In this document: positions 1-7,925 of the stretch, in pieces
Position numbering within the stretch: position 1 is the stretch's first letter
Layout of the letters: every line of letters starts with the position of its first letter
Source of the DNA: Escherichia phage HK542
Strand: one strand, 5' to 3'
Sequence record: NC_019769.1
Length of the DNA stretch: 38,964 nucleotides
Notes under the pieces: generated by a model
Seen by the model: the letters and a program-made list of their open reading frames with translations, nothing else
What the model was told of the DNA's origin: nothing
Database searches by the model: none
Program-made: the position numbers and the translations under genes

Positions 1-486
1 ATGGCAGATAAACGAATCCGTTCCGACAGTTCGGCGGCAGCGGTTCAGGCCATGAAAAATGCAGCTGTGGACACCATCGATCCGCCGTCCCATGCAGGTT
101 TGGAGAAAAAAGCCGAACCATTCTGGCATGACAATATCAGATCGAAAGCTCTGGACAGCTGGACGCCTGCCGACCTTCTAGCCGCCGTAGAACTTGCTAA
201 TAATCAGCTCTATATCACCGTTTTACGCAAGGATTTACGCAAAGAAGAGCGCATACGCGGGGAGGAGCGAGACGAAGGCCTTATAAAAGACCTCCGCAAG
301 CAAATTGTTGAGCTACAACGAACTATCCTGGCTCAGCGCCGCGACCTCCAGATCCACTCCCACGCAACCAACGGCGAAAGTCGCGACCAGAAGAAACGTA
401 ATCAGAACGATCGTGATGCACGGAATACCAAAAACGAGCATCAGGACCAGGACGATAACCTGATCGCCTTTCCCAAGCACGGATAA
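1..486 (+). CDS. Terminase small subunit
   Basis: 161-aa ORF immediately upstream of terL with a basic/acidic C-terminus; position and size fit a P27/HK97-type TerS; starts at window base 1 so the N-terminus could be incomplete. Confidence 0.65.
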   Translation: MADKRIRSDSSAAAVQAMKNAAVDTIDPPSHAGLEKKAEPFWHDNIRSKALDSWTPADLLAAVELANNQLYITVLRKDLRKEERIRGEERDEGLIKDLRKQIVELQRTILAQRRDLQIHSHATNGESRDQKKRNQNDRDARNTKNEHQDQDDNLIAFPKHG

Positions 487-492
487 AAGACT

Positions 493-2007
493 ATGACGCG
501 AGGTGAGCGTGTAATAGCGTTCATTGAGCGCTTTTGCATCGTGCCGGAAGGCAAGCTTATCGGCCAGCCAATGAGGCTGGACACCTTTCAGAAAGAATTC
601 ATCCTGGCGGTTTACGACAATCCAGCCGGAACGGATATGGCGATCCTCAGCATCGCCCGAAAAAATGGTAAGACTGGCCTGATTGCCGGAATTCTGCTGG
701 CTCACCTGGTGGGGCCTGAAGCGGTGCAGAACACGCAGATTGTCAGCGGTGCACTCAGCCGGGAACAGGCGGCCATCGTTTTTAACCTCGCGGTGAAGAT
801 GGTTAACCTGAACCCCAAGCTGCAGGAGATTGTGCACATTACGCCCAGCGGCAAAAAGCTGATCGGCCTGCCGTGTAACGTCGAATACAAGGCTTTATCC
901 GCAGAAGGTAAGACGACGCACGGCCTTTCCCCCATTCTGGCCATTCTCGATGAAACAGGGCAGGTTAGGGGCCCGCAGGATGATTTTATCGATGCAATAA
1001 CTACGGCGCAGGGGGCTCATGAAAACCCGCTGCTAATCGTTATCAGTACGCAGGCAGCAAACGATGCTGACCTGCTTAGCATCTGGATTGATGATGCGGT
1101 CAAATCGAAAGATCCGCACATCGTGTGCCACGTTTATGAAGCGCCAAAAGACGCTGATATCAGTAAACGCGAGTCCTGGCTGGCTGCGAACCCGGCACTG
1201 GGAACATTCAGGTCAGAAAAAGACATGGCGCGCCAGGCTGAGAAAGCTTGCCGAATGCCAAGCTTCGAAAACACCTTCCGAAACCTCAACCTCAATCAGC
1301 GCGTGTCTACCGTATCGCCGTTTATCTCCCGCAGCGTGTGGGAGCTTTGCGGAGAGATGCCGATTAACACCCCGAGGAAGTGGTACGCGGGGCTGGATCT
1401 GTCAGCCAGGAACGACTTAACGGCGCTGGTTATCGCTGGTGAAGCAGATGATGGTGTCTGGGATGTTTTCCCCTTCTTCTGGACACCGCAAAAGACTCTT
1501 GAAGAGCGAACCAAAACGGACCGAGCACCCTATGACGTTTGGGTGAGGGAGGGGCTGCTGCGCACCACGCCAGGAGCTTCGGTGGATTACTCATTCGTCG
1601 TTGCTGATATCGCTGAAATTATCGGTGATTTCGACCTTACCTCGATGGCTTTTGACCGCTGGCGCATTGACCAGTTCAGGAAGGATGCCGATGCCATTGG
1701 GCTGAGCCTCCCGCTGGTCGAGTTCGGCCAGGGCTTTAAGGATATGGGGCCAGCTGTAGACACGCTGGAGTCTCTGATGCTTAACGGGCGCGTGAGGCAT
1801 GGCATGCACCCCGTATTAACGATGTGTGCTGTGAATGCGGTGGTGGTGAAAGATGCTGCTGGCAACCGCAAGCTCGATAAATCCAAAGCAACGGGCCGTA
1901 TTGATGGCATGGTCGCAATGACAATGTCCGTTGGTGCTGCTAATGGGGAAGTTACCGAACAGGGTGGTGACTTCGACGACTTCATTTTCCGACCGCTGAG
2001 CATGTGA
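493..2007 (+). CDS. Terminase large subunit
   Basis: 504 aa; N-terminal ATPase-like region (GKTGLIAGILLAH; ILDETGQV Walker B-like) and C-terminal nuclease-like region; sits between terS and portal. Confidence 0.9.
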   Translation: MTRGERVIAFIERFCIVPEGKLIGQPMRLDTFQKEFILAVYDNPAGTDMAILSIARKNGKTGLIAGILLAHLVGPEAVQNTQIVSGALSREQAAIVFNLAVKMVNLNPKLQEIVHITPSGKKLIGLPCNVEYKALSAEGKTTHGLSPILAILDETGQVRGPQDDFIDAITTAQGAHENPLLIVISTQAANDADLLSIWIDDAVKSKDPHIVCHVYEAPKDADISKRESWLAANPALGTFRSEKDMARQAEKACRMPSFENTFRNLNLNQRVSTVSPFISRSVWELCGEMPINTPRKWYAGLDLSARNDLTALVIAGEADDGVWDVFPFFWTPQKTLEERTKTDRAPYDVWVREGLLRTTPGASVDYSFVVADIAEIIGDFDLTSMAFDRWRIDQFRKDADAIGLSLPLVEFGQGFKDMGPAVDTLESLMLNGRVRHGMHPVLTMCAVNAVVVKDAAGNRKLDKSKATGRIDGMVAMTMSVGAANGEVTEQGGDFDDFIFRPLSM

Positions 2008-3281
2008 TGGAAGAACCTAAATACACGATTGACCTGCGAACCAATAACGGCTGGTGGGCAAGGCTGCAGTCCTGGTTTGTCGGCGGGCGTTTAGTCACCC
2101 CAAATCAGGGCTCACAGACGGGGCCTGTTTCGGCCCACGGACACCTGGGCGATTCATCCATTAACGATGAACGGATACTGCAAATTTCGACTGTGTGGCG
2201 CTGCGTGAGCCTGATTTCAACGCTCACGGCATGCTTACCGCTTGATGTCTTCGAAACAGACCAGAATGACAACCGTAAAAAAGTGGATTTGAGCAATCCA
2301 CTGGCGCGACTGCTGCGCTACTCACCGAATCAGTACATGACCGCCCAAGAATTCAGGGAGGCCATGACGATGCAGCTCTGTTTCTACGGTAACGCATATG
2401 CACTTGTGGACCGCAACAGCGCAGGTGACGTGATCAGCCTTCTCCCGCTTCAGTCTGCCAATATGGATGTGAAGCTCGTCGGAAAAAAAGTGGTTTATCG
2501 CTATCAACGCGACAGCGAATACGCCGACTTTTCGCAGAAAGAGATTTTTCACCTTAAAGGCTTCGGATTCACCGGGCTTGTAGGCCTGTCACCCATTGCT
2601 TTTGCCTGTAAATCGGCAGGTGTGGCAGTTGCGATGGAGGACCAGCAGCGAGATTTCTTTGCCAACGGCGCCAAGTCTCCGCAAATCCTCTCAACTGGCG
2701 AAAAAGTGCTAACTGAACAGCAGCGCTCCCAGGTCGAAGAGAACTTCAAAGAGATCGCCGGCGGCCCGGTAAAAAAACGCCTCTGGATTCTGGAAGCGGG
2801 TTTTTCTACATCGGCAATTGGCGTAACTCCGCAGGATGCCGAAATGATGGCGTCCCGAAAATTTCAGGTAAGTGAACTGGCGCGATTCTTTGGCGTACCG
2901 CCTCACCTTGTCGGCGACGTCGAGAAATCAACGAGCTGGGGATCGGGCATCGAGCAGCAGAATCTCGGCTTCCTGCAGTACACCCTGCAGCCCTATATCT
3001 CCAGGTGGGAAAACAGCATTCAGCGGTGGCTTATTCCTGCTAAGGATGTTGGCCGCATTCATGCTGAGCACAACCTCGACGGCCTGCTGAGGGGCGATTC
3101 GGCATCCCGCGCTGCCTTTATGAAGGCAATGGGAGAGGCAGGGCTACGCACCATCAACGAGATGCGACGAACGGACAACCTCCCGCCATTGCCGGGTGGC
3201 GATGTGGCAATGCGCCAGTCGCAATACGTGCCGATCACCGATTTAGGAACCAACAAAGAGCCCCGTAATAACGGGGCTTAA
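2004..3281 (+). CDS. Portal protein, HK97 family
   Basis: 425 aa, overlaps terL stop; typical portal position and size upstream of the prohead protease. Confidence 0.88.
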   Translation: MMEEPKYTIDLRTNNGWWARLQSWFVGGRLVTPNQGSQTGPVSAHGHLGDSSINDERILQISTVWRCVSLISTLTACLPLDVFETDQNDNRKKVDLSNPLARLLRYSPNQYMTAQEFREAMTMQLCFYGNAYALVDRNSAGDVISLLPLQSANMDVKLVGKKVVYRYQRDSEYADFSQKEIFHLKGFGFTGLVGLSPIAFACKSAGVAVAMEDQQRDFFANGAKSPQILSTGEKVLTEQQRSQVEENFKEIAGGPVKKRLWILEAGFSTSAIGVTPQDAEMMASRKFQVSELARFFGVPPHLVGDVEKSTSWGSGIEQQNLGFLQYTLQPYISRWENSIQRWLIPAKDVGRIHAEHNLDGLLRGDSASRAAFMKAMGEAGLRTINEMRRTDNLPPLPGGDVAMRQSQYVPITDLGTNKEPRNNGA

Positions 3282-3286
3282 TTTTT

Positions 3287-3976
3287 ATGGGGGCCGTAAT
3301 GCCTGAAATCGTAAAAACGCTGTCCTTCGACGAGACAGAAATCAAATTCACCGGTGACGGTAAACAGGGGATTTTTGAAGGCTACGCCTCTGTTTTTAAT
3401 AACACCGATTCCGATGGCGACATCATTCTGCCCGGGGCGTTTAAAAACGCGCTGGCGAACCAGACCCGAAAAGTGGCGATGTTTTTTAACCACAGGACGT
3501 GGGAACTGCCGGTTGGCAAATGGGACAGCCTGGCTGAGGACGAAAAAGGCCTGTATGTGCGCGGTCAACTTACCCCAGGACACAGCGGCGCCGCTGACCT
3601 GAAAGCGGCAATGCAGCACGGTACGGTTGAAGGTATGTCGGTTGGCTTTTCCGTTTCGAAAGACGATTACACCATCATTCCAACAGGCCGCATTTTTAAG
3701 AATATCCAGGCTCTGCGCGAAATCAGCGTCTGCACTTTCCCCGCCAACGAACAGGCTGGCATCGCAGCCATGAAAAGTGTCGATGGTATTGAAACGATTC
3801 GTGATGTGGAGAACTGGCTGAGGGATTCAGTCGGCCTCACCAAATCACAGGCAGTTGGGCTAATTGCCCGGTTTAAGTCAGCGATTCGGAGCGAGTCCGA
3901 GGGCGACGGAAACGAAGCACAAATAAACGCTCTGCTTCAGAGCATCAAATCTTTCCCTTCTAACTTAGGTAAATAA
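3287..3976 (+). CDS. Prohead maturation protease (HK97 family, peptidase U35-like)
   Basis: 229 aa between portal and capsid gene; N-terminal region typical of HK97-type prohead proteases; alternative start at ATG 3299. Confidence 0.85.
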   Translation: MGAVMPEIVKTLSFDETEIKFTGDGKQGIFEGYASVFNNTDSDGDIILPGAFKNALANQTRKVAMFFNHRTWELPVGKWDSLAEDEKGLYVRGQLTPGHSGAADLKAAMQHGTVEGMSVGFSVSKDDYTIIPTGRIFKNIQALREISVCTFPANEQAGIAAMKSVDGIETIRDVENWLRDSVGLTKSQAVGLIARFKSAIRSESEGDGNEAQINALLQSIKSFPSNLGK

Positions 3977-3978
3977 TT

Positions 3979-5136
3979 ATGTCTGAACTCGCTCTCATTC
4001 AAAAAGCTATCGAAGAATCCCAGCAGAAAATGACCCAGCTTTTCGATGCGCAGAAAGCAGAAATCGAAAGCACAGGCCAGGTTTCCAAACAGTTGCAGTC
4101 CGACCTGATGAAAGTACAGGAAGAGCTGACCAAATCCGGCACTCGCCTCTTCGATCTGGAACAGAAACTGGCATCCGGCGCTGAGAATCCTGGTGAGAAG
4201 AAATCCTTCTCTGAACGGGCTGCTGAAGAGCTTATTAAGTCATGGGACGGTAAACAGGGCACCTTTGGCGCTAAAACGTTTAACAAGTCACTAGGCAGTG
4301 ACGCTGATTCGGCTGGCTCACTGATCCAGCCTATGCAGATCCCAGGCATCATCATGCCAGGCCTGCGCCGTCTTACCATTCGTGATCTGCTGGCTCAGGG
4401 CCGCACTTCCAGTAACGCTCTGGAATATGTGCGTGAAGAGGTGTTTACCAATAACGCCGACGTGGTGGCAGAGAAAGCACTGAAGCCAGAATCGGATATC
4501 ACCTTCAGCAAACAAACCGCGAACGTGAAGACCATCGCGCACTGGGTGCAGGCATCACGTCAGGTGATGGATGATGCGCCAATGCTTCAGTCCTACATTA
4601 ACAACCGCCTCATGTACGGCCTGGCACTGAAGGAAGAGGGCCAGCTGCTGAACGGCGACGGTACCGGGGATAACCTGGAAGGGCTGAACAAAGTGGCAAC
4701 CGCCTATGACACCTCGCTGAATGCCACCGGCGACACCCGCGCTGACATTATCGCTCACGCTATTTATCAGGTGACCGAGTCTGAGTTCAGCGCTTCCGGT
4801 ATCGTCCTGAACCCGCGCGACTGGCACAACATCGCGTTGCTGAAAGACAATGAAGGCCGCTATATCTTCGGTGGTCCTCAGGCATTCACCAGTAACATCA
4901 TGTGGGGCTTGCCAGTGGTTCCGACTAAGGCGCAGGCCGCCGGCACCTTTACCGTAGGCGGTTTCGATATGGCCTCACAGGTCTGGGATCGCATGGATGC
5001 CACCGTGGAAGTTAGCCGTGAAGACCGCGATAACTTCGTGAAAAACATGCTGACCATCCTGTGCGAAGAGCGTCTGGCGCTGGCGCATTATCGCCCGACA
5101 GCAATCATCAAGGGCACCTTCTCTTCTGGCTCATGA
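3979..5136 (+). CDS. Major capsid protein, HK97 fold
   Basis: 385 aa; from memory, matches HK97 gp5 along its length, including the delta-domain boundary (FNKS/LGSDADSAG) and the Lys (AEKALKPESD) and Asn (SREDRDNFVKNM) crosslink contexts. Confidence 0.95.
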   Translation: MSELALIQKAIEESQQKMTQLFDAQKAEIESTGQVSKQLQSDLMKVQEELTKSGTRLFDLEQKLASGAENPGEKKSFSERAAEELIKSWDGKQGTFGAKTFNKSLGSDADSAGSLIQPMQIPGIIMPGLRRLTIRDLLAQGRTSSNALEYVREEVFTNNADVVAEKALKPESDITFSKQTANVKTIAHWVQASRQVMDDAPMLQSYINNRLMYGLALKEEGQLLNGDGTGDNLEGLNKVATAYDTSLNATGDTRADIIAHAIYQVTESEFSASGIVLNPRDWHNIALLKDNEGRYIFGGPQAFTSNIMWGLPVVPTKAQAAGTFTVGGFDMASQVWDRMDATVEVSREDRDNFVKNMLTILCEERLALAHYRPTAIIKGTFSSGS

Positions 5137-5142
5137 TGGAGG

Positions 5143-5164
5143 GGGCGGGGAAACCCGCCCTTTT
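5143..5164 (+). terminator. Hairpin with GAAA loop and short T-run after capsid gene
   Basis: gggcggg-gaaa-cccgccc followed by tttt, 7 nt after the capsid stop. Confidence 0.45.
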
Positions 5165-5169
5165 AACGT

Positions 5170-5496
5170 ATGGCGATAGATGTTCTGGATGTAATTTCCC
5201 TCAGTCTGTTTAAGCAGCAGATTGAGTTTGAGGAAGACGACAGGGACGAGCTGATCACGCTGTACGCCCAGGCCGCTTTTGACTACTGCATGCGCTGGTG
5301 CGATGAACCAGCATGGAAGGTTGCGGCTGATATTCCTGCCGCCGTTAAGGGCGCCGTTCTGCTTGTCTTTGCTGACATGTTTGAACACCGGACGGCACAA
5401 AGCGAAGTGCAGCTTTATGAGAATGCAGCCGCCGAACGCATGATGTTCATTCATCGCAACTGGCGCGGTAAAGCCGAATCAGAGGAGGGCTCCTGA
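5170..5496 (+). CDS. Head-tail connector (gp6-like)
   Basis: 108-aa ORF directly after capsid gene; size and position. Confidence 0.6.
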   Translation: MAIDVLDVISLSLFKQQIEFEEDDRDELITLYAQAAFDYCMRWCDEPAWKVAADIPAAVKGAVLLVFADMFEHRTAQSEVQLYENAAAERMMFIHRNWRGKAESEEGS

Positions 5497-5834
5497 TGGA
5501 ACCAGGACGATTCAGGCACCGGGTAAAAATTCTCACCTTCACGACTTCGCGCGATCCATCTGGTCAGCCGGTTGAATCGTGGACAGGTGGCAACCCGGTC
5601 CCGGCTGAGGTAAAGGGGATCAGCGGCAGAGAGCAGCTTTCAGGCGGCGCGGAAACGGCGCAGGCAACGATTCGCGTCTGGATGCGCTTCAGGTCAGAGC
5701 TGAATGCCTCTTCTCGTCTGGAAGTGCTCAGCGGCCCGTATAAAGGTCAGGTGCTAAATATCATCGGTCCTCCTGTAGCAAATGCGACTGGCACTCGCCT
5801 GGAAATTCTTTGCAAAACGGGAGCTGAAAAATGA
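5496..5834 (+). CDS. Head closure / head-tail adaptor protein
   Basis: 112-aa ORF with start/stop overlap to neighbours; position in head-tail joining block. Confidence 0.6.
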   Translation: MEPGRFRHRVKILTFTTSRDPSGQPVESWTGGNPVPAEVKGISGREQLSGGAETAQATIRVWMRFRSELNASSRLEVLSGPYKGQVLNIIGPPVANATGTRLEILCKTGAEK

Positions 5835-6280
5835 TTGAGACGAGCCTCGATTTTTCCGGGTTAAATGACATCGCAAAGGATCTGGAGGCGCTTAGCCGCG
5901 CTGAAAACAATAAGGTTCTTCGTGATGCCACCCGCGCCGGCGCGGAAGTGCTTAAGGAAGAAGTGATCGCCCGCGCTCCGGTGCGTACCGGCAAACTGAA
6001 AAAAAACGTGGTGGTGGTGACCCAAAAAAGCCGTCGCCGCGGGGAAATTTCTTCCGGCGTCCATATTCGTGGCGTTAACCCGCGCACCGGAAACAGCGAT
6101 AACACGATGAAGGCTAATAACCCGAGAAACGCCTTTTACTGGCGATTCGTTGAAATGGGAACTGCCAACATGACGGCACATCCTTTCATTCGTCCAGCGT
6201 TTGACGTCCGACAGGAGCAGGCGACAGAGGTCGCGATCAGGCGCATGAACCAGGCCATCGATGAGGCATTAAGCAAATGA
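5831..6280 (+). CDS. HK97 gp10-family tail component
   Basis: 149 aa; motifs APVRTGKL and FVEMGT...HPFIRPAF typical of the HK97 gp10-like family. Confidence 0.7.
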   Translation: MIETSLDFSGLNDIAKDLEALSRAENNKVLRDATRAGAEVLKEEVIARAPVRTGKLKKNVVVVTQKSRRRGEISSGVHIRGVNPRTGNSDNTMKANNPRNAFYWRFVEMGTANMTAHPFIRPAFDVRQEQATEVAIRRMNQAIDEALSK

Positions 6281-6624
6281 CGGAAGACGATCTCTATCCT
6301 CTGCTGGAACCGCTGGCAGGAGGGCAGGTTTATCCCTACGTTGCGCCGCTCGGCAGTGACGGGAAGCCTTCAGTATCTCCGCCCTGGGTAATTTTCTCGA
6401 TTATTACCGACGTGGCCGCAGACGTTCTCTGCGGTCAGGCTGAATCTGCCGTTTCTGTGCAGGTTGATGTCTATTCCAGCACAATCACTGAAGCGCGCAC
6501 AATCAGGAATATGGCGCTTGATGCCCTGCAGGTGCTGAAGCCGGGAAGCATTGTTAAAACGCCGGGCTATGAGCCTGATCTGCGCTATCACCGGGCAACG
6601 CTCGAATTTCAGGTAACCGTTTAA
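6277..6624 (+). CDS. Tail completion protein (DUF3168-like)
   Basis: 115 aa, overlapping upstream stop; position before major tail gene. Confidence 0.55.
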   Translation: MTEDDLYPLLEPLAGGQVYPYVAPLGSDGKPSVSPPWVIFSIITDVAADVLCGQAESAVSVQVDVYSSTITEARTIRNMALDALQVLKPGSIVKTPGYEPDLRYHRATLEFQVTV

Positions 6625-6640
6625 CTTTTCCCACCATAAC

Positions 6641-6665
6641 AGACCGCTCTGGCGGTCTTTTTTTA
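6641..6665 (+). terminator. Intrinsic terminator-like hairpin before major tail gene
   Basis: agaccgc-tctg-gcggtct followed by tttttttat. Confidence 0.6.
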
Positions 6666-6677
6666 TCTGGAGAAATC

Positions 6678-7148
6678 ATGACCAGTAAGTATGAAGTTAC
6701 AAAGGGGATGACCTTTGCCGTCTCCGACGCACCCGTAACCGCCGAGGATTTTAATGCCTTAGGTTTCCCGGGGGATGGTGTTACCTGGCTGGAAGCGGCC
6801 TGCGCAACAAAGGAGATCACCTTCACGGGCGGTCAAAAAGGGGATATTGACGTAACCACGCTTTGCTCAACTGAACAGGAGCAAACCAACGGCCTCGCCG
6901 CGCCTGCTGAAATGAGCATTACCCGTAACTGGGTTGGCGATGAAGCAGCACAGGGGGCACTGCAGACCGCTTACGAAAATGACGAACTGCGCGCGCTGCG
7001 CGTGGTATTCCCGTCTGGCAACGGTTTCTACGTGCTGGTGGAGGTACGCCAGAGCTCATGGTCTGCTGCAACCTCTTCCGTTGTTGGCGCCACCTATTCT
7101 CTGCGTGTACGCGGCAAACCTAAACGCATCCACGCGTCTGGTTCCTGA
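6678..7148 (+). CDS. Major tail (tube) protein
   Basis: 156 aa with strong RBS; directly upstream of the G/GT chaperone pair; followed by a terminator hairpin. Confidence 0.75.
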   Translation: MTSKYEVTKGMTFAVSDAPVTAEDFNALGFPGDGVTWLEAACATKEITFTGGQKGDIDVTTLCSTEQEQTNGLAAPAEMSITRNWVGDEAAQGALQTAYENDELRALRVVFPSGNGFYVLVEVRQSSWSAATSSVVGATYSLRVRGKPKRIHASGS

Positions 7149-7170
7149 GCGGCTTCGGCCGCTTTTTTTA
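7148..7170 (+). terminator. Intrinsic terminator-like hairpin after major tail gene
   Basis: agcggc-ttcg-gccgct with a UUCG-type loop followed by ttttttt. Confidence 0.6.
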
Positions 7171-7202
7171 TCCCTCCGATCATGTAACAAGAGAAAAATG
7201 AA

Positions 7203-7604
7203 ATGGCGCAAAAAACATCACAGAATTCATTACGCAACGTGGCGCTTACAGCATCGAAAGCCTATCGCACCAAAGAAGGTATCACGGTCCCTGAATGGGA
7301 TGGCGCAAAGGTAACGCTGCGTGAACCCTCTGGCGATGCCTGGGTGAAATTCCGGGAGATCGTTAACCCACAGCTCGCCGAGGGCGAAGAGGCACCGACG
7401 CTGACGGAGGCGGAAAAGTTTCTGCGTAACAAAGATGCTGATGTGGTTCTGTTTATTGACGTTCTGCTGGATGAAAACGGCGAGCGAGTATTCAGCGATG
7501 AGGATCAGGAGCAGGTATCTAAAATTTATGGTCCTGTGCACTCCCGCCTGCTGGCTCAGGCCCTCAACCTCGGAATGAGCCAGGAAGAAGCGGGAAAGCC
7601 GTAA
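7203..7604 (+). CDS. Tail assembly chaperone (lambda G analogue)
   Basis: 133-aa acidic ORF ending just after the slippery heptamer GGGAAAG. Confidence 0.75.
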   Translation: MAQKTSQNSLRNVALTASKAYRTKEGITVPEWDGAKVTLREPSGDAWVKFREIVNPQLAEGEEAPTLTEAEKFLRNKDADVVLFIDVLLDENGERVFSDEDQEQVSKIYGPVHSRLLAQALNLGMSQEEAGKP

Positions 7605-7891
7605 AGCAGCCGCTGACCTTCTTCCTGATGTCGCTGGCGCTCCGGTTGGGACGTACTCTCCACGAACTGCGCCAGAACATGACCGCCAGCGAGCTCAAAA
7701 TGTGGATCGAGTTCGACCGCATCAGTCCGATTGGTGACTGGCGCGCCGATGCTCAGGCGGCGCAGATCTCCGTTGCAATGCTGAACTCTCAGGGCGGGAA
7801 ATTCACCATTCCTGACGTGATGCTGAAATGGGGTGAGCAGGAAGAAGGCGCTGAAGTCTCTGAACTTGAAGAATGGATGTCCAGTCTTTGA
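7203..7891 (+). CDS. Tail assembly chaperone GT fusion (via -1 frameshift at 7592-7598)
   Basis: G frame to 7598, then -1 frame through the 87-aa T-like ORF (7628..7891 in the track); same arrangement as lambda G/GT. Confidence 0.65.
7592..7598 (+). promoter_or_regulatory. Programmed -1 ribosomal frameshift site (GGGAAAG)
   Basis: Heptamer G GGA AAG in the G frame, 4 nt before the G stop; the -1 frame is open from here to 7891. Confidence 0.7.
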
Positions 7892-7892
7892 T

Positions 7893-7915
7893 GCCCGCGG
7901 CTGCGGGCTTTTTTA
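7893..7915 (+). terminator. Terminator-like hairpin before tape measure gene
   Basis: gcccgc-ggct-gcgggc followed by ttttttatgg. Confidence 0.55.
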
Positions 7916-7925
7916 TGGGTGAAAT

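Noticed and set aside
1064-1420. 118-aa ORF in an alternative frame inside terL
   Set aside because: Wholly nested in the terminase large subunit gene on the same strand; Arg/Ser/Cys-rich composition typical of an out-of-frame artefact.
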